Shown here: piece after piece, positions 56,989 to 64,000 of the stretch
Layout of the letters: the number at the start of each line of letters is the position of its first letter
Numbering within the stretch: position 1 is the stretch's first letter
Virus record (IMG/VR): IMGVR_UViG_3300023179_000021
Span: 64,001-128,000 of that record
DNA length: 64,000 bases
From: a virus
Reading direction: 5' to 3' (one strand)
The notes under the pieces: generated by a model
The model's database searches: none
What the model was told of the DNA's origin: nothing
Seen by the model: the letters and a program-made list of their open reading frames with translations, nothing else
Position numbers and translations under genes: made by a program

Positions 56989-58785
56989 ATGGATGATAAG
57001 ATTCACGGTATCACGGTCAATTATTTCCGTGATGGTTTGTTTGACGATTTAGGTATTAAAAGATTAAAAGAAAGTTATATGAGAGATGATGAATCCTCAC
57101 CACAAGAAAGGTTTGCGTATGTCTCAGCAGAATTTGGATCCAATTCAGAGCACAGTCAGCGTCTTTATAATTATAGCAGTAATCACTGGCTCAGCTATAG
57201 CACTCCAATTCTCTCTTTTGGACGCTCAAAGCGTGGTCTTCCTATTAGCTGCTTTTTACCTTATTTGGATGATTCTGCTGAAGGTTTGGTCGACACACTA
57301 TCGGAAGTAAATTGGCTATCAATGTTAGGAGGCGGAATTGGAATTGGAATTGGTATTCGTAGTGCTGATGATAAGTCTGTCGGTGTTATGCCTCATCTCA
57401 GGACTTACGATGCGTCTTCTCTCGCTTACAGACAGGGCCGTACTCGTCGTGGCAGCTATGCTGCATATCTCGACATCTCTCATCCGGATATTTTAATGTT
57501 TCTTGATATGCGTAAGCCCACCGGTGATCCAAACATGCGAGCGCTCAACCTACACCATGGTATCAATGTTTCGGATGATTTCATGGAAATTATTGAACGT
57601 TGTATGATTGACCCAAAAGCCGATGATACATGGGAACTTAAAGACCCACACAACGGTACAGTAAGAGAGAAAGTTTCTGCTCGTGAACTATGGCAACGTG
57701 TTCTAGAACTTAGGATGCAAACTGGTGAGCCATATTTACATTTCATTGATACAAGCAATGAAGCTTTACCAGAATTTCAAAAAAAGATTGGTTTAAAAAT
57801 TCGTCAAAGCAATTTGTGTTCTGAAATTATTTTGCCTACTGATAAAGAAAGAACAGCGGTGTGTTGCTTATCATCTGTAAATTTGGAGTATTTTGATGAT
57901 TGGAAAAACGATAAACTTTTTCTACGGGACATTGCAGAGATGCTTGATAATGTATTGCAGCACTTTATTGTTAATGCTCCTGATACTGTCTCTAGAGCTA
58001 AATATTCTGCTACTCGTGAGCGTAGCATTGGTGTGGGCGCTCTCGGCTTCCATGCTTACTTACAAAGGAATTCTATACCTTTTGAAACTGCCCTTGCCTC
58101 AAGCAAAAATAGAATGATGTTTAAACATATTCGTGAGGAATTAAATTCCGCAAACATTGAACTTGGAAAAGAAAGGGGTGAGGCTCCCGATGCTATTGGT
58201 ACAGGCAAAAGGTTTTCTCATATGACAGCTATAGCACCTAATGCTTCAAGTAGCATAATCATGGGAAATACCAGCCCAAGTATTGAACCATATAGAGCAA
58301 ATGCTTATCGTCAAGATACTTTATCAGGTTCTCATTTGAATAAAAATAAATGGCTCGATAAAATTATTAAGGAGAAATGTGATGCCGATTCTAAGTTGGA
58401 CTATAACGAAATCTGGTCAAGTATTATCGCAAACGACGGAAGTGTTCAACATCTTGAATTTCTTGATGACTGGACAAAAGATGTATTTAAAACATCAATG
58501 GAAATCGACCAAAGATGGATCGTACAGCATGCCGCTGATCGCCAGCCCTATATTGACCAAGCGCAAAGTCTCAATCTCTTTTTCAGACCGAACTCAAACA
58601 TTAAATACATTCATGCAGTACACTTCTTGGCATGGAAGCAAGGACTCAAAACGCTTTACTACTGCCGCAGCGAGAAGATTTCGAAAGCTGATAAAGTCTC
58701 TAAAAAAGTAGAACGTAAAATTATTGAAGAATTGAATCTAAAACAATTAGCAACTGAAGAAGTTTGCTTAGCTTGCGAGGGATAA
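56989..58785 (+). CDS. nrdA: Class I ribonucleotide reductase alpha subunit (short, no ATP cone)
   Basis: PISCF, SNLCSE, APNASSS, KTLYY and C-terminal CLAC. Confidence 0.95.
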   Translation: MDDKIHGITVNYFRDGLFDDLGIKRLKESYMRDDESSPQERFAYVSAEFGSNSEHSQRLYNYSSNHWLSYSTPILSFGRSKRGLPISCFLPYLDDSAEGLVDTLSEVNWLSMLGGGIGIGIGIRSADDKSVGVMPHLRTYDASSLAYRQGRTRRGSYAAYLDISHPDILMFLDMRKPTGDPNMRALNLHHGINVSDDFMEIIERCMIDPKADDTWELKDPHNGTVREKVSARELWQRVLELRMQTGEPYLHFIDTSNEALPEFQKKIGLKIRQSNLCSEIILPTDKERTAVCCLSSVNLEYFDDWKNDKLFLRDIAEMLDNVLQHFIVNAPDTVSRAKYSATRERSIGVGALGFHAYLQRNSIPFETALASSKNRMMFKHIREELNSANIELGKERGEAPDAIGTGKRFSHMTAIAPNASSSIIMGNTSPSIEPYRANAYRQDTLSGSHLNKNKWLDKIIKEKCDADSKLDYNEIWSSIIANDGSVQHLEFLDDWTKDVFKTSMEIDQRWIVQHAADRQPYIDQAQSLNLFFRPNSNIKYIHAVHFLAWKQGLKTLYYCRSEKISKADKVSKKVERKIIEELNLKQLATEEVCLACEG

Positions 58786-59775
58786 ATGGTAAAAAAGAAA
58801 TCTAAATTAACAGAAGAGCGAAATCACTATAAACCCTTTAATTATCCATGGGCTTATGAGGCCTGGCTTAGGCATGAACAAAGTCACTGGTTACACACAG
58901 AATGTCCTCTTTTAGAAGATGTAAAAGACTGGAAAAATAAGTTAACAGAGCACGAAAAGAAATTTCTTACAAATATCTTTCGTTTCTTTACACAAGGTGA
59001 TATTGATGTTGCAGGCGGTTATGTTAAAAATTATTTACCATATTTTCCACAACCAGAAATTCGGATGATGCTTTGTGGGTTTGCTGCAAGAGAGGCTTTA
59101 CATATTGCTGCATACTCACATTTGATTGAATCATTAGGAATGCCCGAAACCACATATAATGAGTTTTTGCAGTATTCTGAGATGAAAGAAAAACACGATT
59201 ACCTTTTAGATATTAGTTCAAAAAATACCACTAAAGAATCTACTGCCACACACATTGCTGCGTTCTCAGCATTTACAGAAGGCATGCAGCTCTTTAGTTC
59301 TTTTATTATGCTTCTTAATTTTCCTCGTCATGGTGTAATGAAAGGTATGGGACAAATTGTAACATGGTCGATTGTTGATGAAACACAGCACGCCGAAGCC
59401 ATGATTAAATTGTTTCGCACCTACATAGAAGAAAATAAAGAAATCTGGAATGATAATCTTAAATCACAAATTTACACGATTGCTACCAAAATGGTGGAGC
59501 TTGAAGATAAGTTTATTGATTTGGCATTTGGCGTGGTACCTATGGTCGACTTGGACGCTGCTGACGTTAAACGTTATATCCGCTATATTGCTGACCGCCG
59601 TCTTATCAGTTTGGGTCTTAAAGGAATCATGAAAGTTAAAAAGAACCCTCTTCCATGGGTCGAAGAAATGATTAATGCACCAACGCATACCAATTTCTTT
59701 GAGAACCGTGCTACAGATTATGCAAAAGGTGCCTTAGCTGGTTCATGGGAGGATGTTTGGGCTAAGGCCGCATAA
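58786..59775 (+). CDS. nrdB: Class I ribonucleotide reductase beta subunit
   Basis: FFTQGD, EALHIAAY, EGMQLFSSF, DETQH and NFFE...Y motifs. Confidence 0.95.
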   Translation: MVKKKSKLTEERNHYKPFNYPWAYEAWLRHEQSHWLHTECPLLEDVKDWKNKLTEHEKKFLTNIFRFFTQGDIDVAGGYVKNYLPYFPQPEIRMMLCGFAAREALHIAAYSHLIESLGMPETTYNEFLQYSEMKEKHDYLLDISSKNTTKESTATHIAAFSAFTEGMQLFSSFIMLLNFPRHGVMKGMGQIVTWSIVDETQHAEAMIKLFRTYIEENKEIWNDNLKSQIYTIATKMVELEDKFIDLAFGVVPMVDLDAADVKRYIRYIADRRLISLGLKGIMKVKKNPLPWVEEMINAPTHTNFFENRATDYAKGALAGSWEDVWAKAA

Positions 59776-59924
59776 TGCCCACGCTTAAACATAATTGTGG
59801 CACTTGCGATTCGATATTTACAATAGACTATGATGAAGAGGTATGTGAAGATGCACCACATTATTGTCCATTTTGCGGAGACTATATAATTGAAGAGAAT
59901 TATATAGATGAAGAAGATGAGTAA
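59775..59924 (+). CDS. Small zinc-ribbon protein (49 aa, not in the ORF track)
   Basis: Translated by hand: MPTLKHNCGTCDSIF...HYCPFCGDY...; TAATG coupling at both ends. Confidence 0.7.
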   Translation: MPTLKHNCGTCDSIFTIDYDEEVCEDAPHYCPFCGDYIIEENYIDEEDE

Positions 59925-60331
59925 TGTGGACATACAAAGGCCAGGAATTTTACGAGGAGCATATCGGTTCTACTTACGGTTATGTTTATTGCATTACCAA
60001 TCTACAAGATGGCAAACAGTACATTGGTAAGAAATTTTTCAGCAAGGCCGGCTACAAAACTGTAAAAGGTAAACGCAAGAAGATTCGAAAGCCCTCAGAT
60101 TGGTTAACCTACTGGGGGTCTAACAAAACTCTACTTGAAGATATAAAAAGACTTGGCGAACAACATTTTCGCCGAGAGATTTTACATTTATGTGCCACAA
60201 GAACAGATTGTGCTTATTTGGAATTAAAAGAACAAATGGATCGTCGTGTGTTAGAGTCGGACAATTATTATAACGATTGGATCATGGTAAAAGTTCGTAA
60301 AGATCATATAAAATTTCATAAGGTGAAATAG
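59924..60331 (+). CDS. GIY-YIG endonuclease (T4 EndoII-like)
   Basis: GYVYCITN...QYIGKK, YWGS and YYN motifs. Confidence 0.8.
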   Translation: MWTYKGQEFYEEHIGSTYGYVYCITNLQDGKQYIGKKFFSKAGYKTVKGKRKKIRKPSDWLTYWGSNKTLLEDIKRLGEQHFRREILHLCATRTDCAYLELKEQMDRRVLESDNYYNDWIMVKVRKDHIKFHKVK

Positions 60332-60404
60332 TTTATGTTGCACCTGCACAGCGAAAACATATATAATATTGTGGTTCTTATAAAAGCCAATAACAGGAGA
60401 ATAT

Positions 60405-60548
60405 ATGTTAAAAAAGATTTTTCAATTTTTTAGATTGGATTATCAGTCAATGTTAGATGACTACATTTCAGCGAGAAATCCAACTTGCGAACAAGATGTT
60501 GAAAGGCTTATTAAAGAATTTCACCGCAAACAATTTGGATACTATTAA
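60405..60548 (+). CDS. Small hypothetical protein (47 aa, DUF3563-like)
   Basis: AGGAG RBS; MLKKIFQFFRLDYQSMLDDYISARNPTCEQDVERLIKEFHRK. Confidence 0.55.
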   Translation: MLKKIFQFFRLDYQSMLDDYISARNPTCEQDVERLIKEFHRKQFGYY

Positions 60549-60568
60549 ACCGTTTAAAGGAAATAAAA

Positions 60569-60748
60569 ATGATTGACAATTTCATCGATACATTTCAAAA
60601 CTATAAAAAACAATTTGTAACCACCTATGTTACTGATAAAACAACTCGTGAGGCCTTGATTAAATTTGTAGATGCACAAACTGATTTTGCAAAAGAATCA
60701 TATAAAACGTTTGAGGCAATTTCAAAAGCTGGTTATAAATTTAATTAA
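60569..60748 (+). CDS. Small amphipathic helical protein (59 aa, phasin-like)
   Basis: AAGGA RBS; MIDNFIDTFQNYKKQFVTTYV...FVDAQTDFAK. Confidence 0.5.
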   Translation: MIDNFIDTFQNYKKQFVTTYVTDKTTREALIKFVDAQTDFAKESYKTFEAISKAGYKFN

Positions 60749-60779
60749 TTTTAAAATTTTCTAGGGCATACATAAGAGT

Positions 60780-61028
60780 ATGCAAAAGAAACTAGGAAAA
60801 TCTCAATCTTTCATTGATATTGAAAGTTCGAGCACTTCATACATGCCAGTAAACAGAAATGGATGGTGGATAAAATACTCTTGTCTTAAAGGTGAAACAA
60901 TTTTACTCCTCTTTACATCAATGTTTACTGGTCAAACCATCATACGTTATTTCGGCAATGAAGATGAAGCTATAAAGTTTCTTAATTTCATTATTCATTG
61001 TAATCCGGCAGAAGAGTTAATGTTTTAA
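60780..61028 (+). CDS. Hypothetical protein
   Basis: ORF track; fits gene packing. Confidence 0.5.
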   Translation: MQKKLGKSQSFIDIESSSTSYMPVNRNGWWIKYSCLKGETILLLFTSMFTGQTIIRYFGNEDEAIKFLNFIIHCNPAEELMF

Positions 61029-61070
61029 TAAATTGCCTCTTTTGATTTTTCAATGTGTTAAAGTGTTGAA

Positions 61071-61487
61071 ATGCACATACAAGGCCGAATAACAAAACAA
61101 CAATTTCGTGCAATTGATTTTTTTGCTGATTGTTTATTTTCACATCAATTAAAACGACATTTGTGGATTGAAATTCGCAATCGAAAAATGAATGAGAATG
61201 AAATGTATGGCTATGTTTTTGTTGAATCTTATAATATTCGTGGTAAACCAAGGCATTTTGTTATTGTAATGAATTCAAAATTGTCGCCCGAATTAAAAAT
61301 AAGAACATTAGCACATGAAATGGTGCATATAAAACAATATGCTTATGATGAATTAAATGAAGAAATGACAATGTGGCGTGGTCATAAAATCGATAGTGAT
61401 AAAATTTCTTATTTCGAACAACCATGGGAAGTTGAAGCATGGAAAAAAGGTGATAAAATTTATGAAAAATTTTGGAGGTTAACATGA
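61071..61487 (+). CDS. HExxH zinc metallopeptidase-like protein
   Basis: TLAHEMVHIKQ...PWEVEA. Confidence 0.75.
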   Translation: MHIQGRITKQQFRAIDFFADCLFSHQLKRHLWIEIRNRKMNENEMYGYVFVESYNIRGKPRHFVIVMNSKLSPELKIRTLAHEMVHIKQYAYDELNEEMTMWRGHKIDSDKISYFEQPWEVEAWKKGDKIYEKFWRLT

Positions 61488-61843
61488 CAACAAGTAATAT
61501 CAGCCCACTTACGGTGGATACTCTAGCAATTGATCCCTACACTACCACTTACAGACCGTTTAATATCTTAAAGCCAATTGATTCTATTCAAGGTCAAATG
61601 ATTATTGCTACAATTAAAGTCAATCATGAAGAAAAAGATATGATTGGCATGTCAGCAGCAGAGTTCCAAGAAATGATGAAAAAGAACTTGTGTATGGCTT
61701 TAATTGAAGAAATGGTGAAAAATAAAGTCATTGAATTTACCAGTCAAATGGATCCAGTTGAACTGGTAACTACATATCGTGCTAGAGTATACGCAACACC
61801 CGACACAGAAATTAGAGTGATACGCAAAAGTCAATCATTTTAA
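61484..61843 (+). CDS. Hypothetical protein
   Basis: GGAGG RBS before ATG 61484. Confidence 0.55.
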   Translation: MTTSNISPLTVDTLAIDPYTTTYRPFNILKPIDSIQGQMIIATIKVNHEEKDMIGMSAAEFQEMMKKNLCMALIEEMVKNKVIEFTSQMDPVELVTTYRARVYATPDTEIRVIRKSQSF

Positions 61844-61925
61844 AATATTACAAAATTGTTTAAGGAACAATAATTTCTAAGTAAAGAGGGGCAACCGCTC
61901 CAAACAATTTTCTTCGGAGAGAAAA

Positions 61926-62168
61926 ATGAAACTAGAAATGACCGTTTGGGATCTCAGTGTTAATTTGTCAGTCAAAGGCAATAACGAATTGTCACAAATT
62001 GACCTCTTAGAAAAAGTAAAAAGTTTGCTAGAAGAACTTACAGCATTTGATGAAGTAAACGTTAGTATTCAAAGTGTTACTCCAGAAGATGGTGAAGAAA
62101 ATGGCGATGAAGAAGCAACAGTTGAGGATGAGACTGAAGATAACTCCGATTATCGCCACGCAGCCTAA
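61926..62168 (+). CDS. Acidic hypothetical protein
   Basis: GGAG RBS. Confidence 0.5.
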   Translation: MKLEMTVWDLSVNLSVKGNNELSQIDLLEKVKSLLEELTAFDEVNVSIQSVTPEDGEENGDEEATVEDETEDNSDYRHAA

Positions 62169-62171
62169 GAA

Positions 62172-62960
62172 ATGAATTATCGATCTATCTTTATATCGGA
62201 TATTCATTTAGGAAGCAAAGGTTGTAAGGCAGACTTACTTATCAATTTTTTAAAATTGAACTCGGCTGATAAATTATATCTTATAGGCGATATAGTAGAT
62301 GGATGGAAAATTCAAGAAAATAAATGGTATTGGAAACAGTCACACACTAATGTCGTAAGAAGAATTTTAGGCTTTGCGAAACAAGGTTCAGAAGTTATAT
62401 ACATTGCTGGAAACCATGATGAATTTTTGCGGCCTATGATTCCTTACGGCATTTCCTTTGGTCGAATACAAATTGCTAATCAATTTACGCATGAAGGTTT
62501 GGATGGTAAGAAATACCTTGTGGTGCATGGAGACTTATTTGATGGCATCACCAGGCTTGCTCCATGGGTTAGTTTTATTGGTGATCGAGCCTATGATATA
62601 TTAATTAATTTAAACACTAAATTTAACTGGTGGAGGCACAAACTTGGATTTGGTTATTGGTCTCTTAGCCAATTTCTTAAACAGCGTGTCAAGCGTGCTG
62701 TTGATTTCATTTTCCATTTTGAGCATAATCTTGTTAACTATGGCCGTAAGCGTGGCTATGACGGAGTCATCTGTGGACACATACACAAAGCCGAAATCAA
62801 AACGGTAAATGGAATAATATATATGAATGATGGTGATTGGGTGGAATCATGTACAGCCCTAGTTGAACACCACGATGGCCACTGGGAAATTGTCACTTGG
62901 AACAATTTAATTAATGAAAAAAATACTGATTATAACGGACAATCTAGCAAACCAAATTAA
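62172..62960 (+). CDS. PlcP/LpxH2-like metallophosphoesterase (putative phospholipase C)
   Basis: SDIHLG, GDIVD, GNHD, HGDLFD, CGHIH and NDGDWVES motifs. Confidence 0.8.
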   Translation: MNYRSIFISDIHLGSKGCKADLLINFLKLNSADKLYLIGDIVDGWKIQENKWYWKQSHTNVVRRILGFAKQGSEVIYIAGNHDEFLRPMIPYGISFGRIQIANQFTHEGLDGKKYLVVHGDLFDGITRLAPWVSFIGDRAYDILINLNTKFNWWRHKLGFGYWSLSQFLKQRVKRAVDFIFHFEHNLVNYGRKRGYDGVICGHIHKAEIKTVNGIIYMNDGDWVESCTALVEHHDGHWEIVTWNNLINEKNTDYNGQSSKPN

Positions 62961-63912
62961 CGGTGTTGTTACGACCTATACAAATCTTGAGGCGCTGGCG
63001 TTTCGTGATGGTTATCAGTTTGTTTATATTACTCCCGATGAGTTCAACCACTTTGATTGCCCTGTCTATAACGAAGTCAAGATTGCCTATCCATGGGAGA
63101 TGGGCAAGAAGATTGAGGAGATATGTCCGAATTATATCCATATCGCCACAGAGGGTCCTGTGGGTTTGTGGGCTCGAGCATATCTTACAAAACACGATTA
63201 TCATTACAATACTGCTTATCACACTAAATTTCCTGAAGGGCTCAAAACTTTGGTTGGAATTCCTGAGTCCGTTACTTGGCGCTACATAAAATGGTTTCAT
63301 AAACATACTGGTAAAGTTTTAACAACAACCGATAGTATGGTGAAAGAATTAAAAGATCATGGTCTAACCTCAAAAATTATATCATGGACAAGAGGTGTTG
63401 ATCGAACAATTTTCAACCCCGATCAACGAAATAAAACAACAAAAGAAATCATTTTATTGTGTGTTTCAAGAGCAAGCAAAGAAAAAAACCTTGATGTCTT
63501 TTGTACGATTCAATATCCAAATTCTAAAAAAATATTTGTTGGTGATGGGCCTTATTTAAAAATTTTGAAGGAAAAATATGATGATGTTGAATTTGTCGGG
63601 TTTAAAACTGGTAAAGAGTTAGCCCATTATTATGCCAATGCCGATGTATTTGTATTTCCATCGTGCTGGGAAACATTTGGTATTGTAATGATTGAAGCTA
63701 TGGCTTGTGGAACACCTGTAGCCGCTTACCCTACGCAAGGCCCTTTAGATGTTGTTGATGAAGGTAAAACTGGGTTTTTACATGAAAATTTAAATATAGC
63801 CATTGAAAAATGCTTGAATATGGATCGACAAGATGTTATTAATTATAGCTATCGATGGAGTTGGTCCGAGGCGTGGAAAATATTTAAAAATAATTTAATT
63901 GACTGGAAATGA
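62914..63912 (+). CDS. GT4 glycosyltransferase (Agt-like glycolipid synthase)
   Basis: QINGVVTT, IHIATEGP.G, YHTKFPE and ETFGIVMIEAMACG motifs. Confidence 0.8.
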   Translation: MKKILIITDNLANQINGVVTTYTNLEALAFRDGYQFVYITPDEFNHFDCPVYNEVKIAYPWEMGKKIEEICPNYIHIATEGPVGLWARAYLTKHDYHYNTAYHTKFPEGLKTLVGIPESVTWRYIKWFHKHTGKVLTTTDSMVKELKDHGLTSKIISWTRGVDRTIFNPDQRNKTTKEIILLCVSRASKEKNLDVFCTIQYPNSKKIFVGDGPYLKILKEKYDDVEFVGFKTGKELAHYYANADVFVFPSCWETFGIVMIEAMACGTPVAAYPTQGPLDVVDEGKTGFLHENLNIAIEKCLNMDRQDVINYSYRWSWSEAWKIFKNNLIDWK

Positions 63913-64000
63913 AAATGGTAAAAAAAAGAAAAGAAGAAAAAACAATAAAGATGAAAATGCCCGGCACTCTTGGGAGTGCCAAATTAGTTTTTCCTGAAGA

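Noticed and set aside
62172-62960. LpxH lipid A biosynthesis enzyme
   Set aside because: The GNHD motif and the adjacent GT4 gene fit PlcP better.
1827-63306. Many short alternative-frame and antisense ORFs in the track (for example 35378..36001 -, 53715..54200 -, 10632..11036 -)
   Set aside because: They lie within well-supported + strand genes and show no evident RBS or motifs, so they are treated as shadow ORFs.
1-64000. CRISPR array, rRNA or alternative genetic code
   Set aside because: No regularly spaced repeats or rRNA-like sequence were seen, and the core genes translate full length in the standard code.

Overview
This 64 kb window is an AT-rich, gene-dense segment of a large T4-like myophage. 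Nearly every credible gene is on the + strand. The host is probably a Gram-negative proteobacterium, inferred from spanins, an IscU/ErpA pair and sigma70 promoters. Gene order: head genes (gp68-like, gp21, gp22, gp23), gp3, uvsY, uvsW, gp55, gp47/gp46, peptide deformylase, a DUF4338/Mom-like gene, a tRNA-Gly-like RNA, a VWA + MoxR AAA pair, gp45/44/62, regA, hsp20, dCMP deaminase, gp43, uvsX, gp41, a second DUF4338-like gene, a ligase-like gene fractured by a split intein, erpA-iscU, a glycosyltransferase/radical SAM/methyltransferase cluster, modular internal-head-like proteins, a lysis cassette, primase, thyX, nrdAB and a plcP-agt-like pair. Best candidates for new biology: (1) a separately promoted 66-nt non-canonical tRNA-Gly that keeps the GlyRS identity elements but has lost the D- and T-loop signatures, lying next to a Mom-like GNAT (DUF4338) gene, which suggests glycyl-tRNA-dependent DNA hypermodification; (2) a naturally split intein inserted directly after the KxDG motif of a ligase-fold protein, with a free-standing HNH gene between the halves that carries a late promoter inside an RBS-sequestering hairpin. 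Family assignments come from motif recognition and synteny by eye; no database searches were run.
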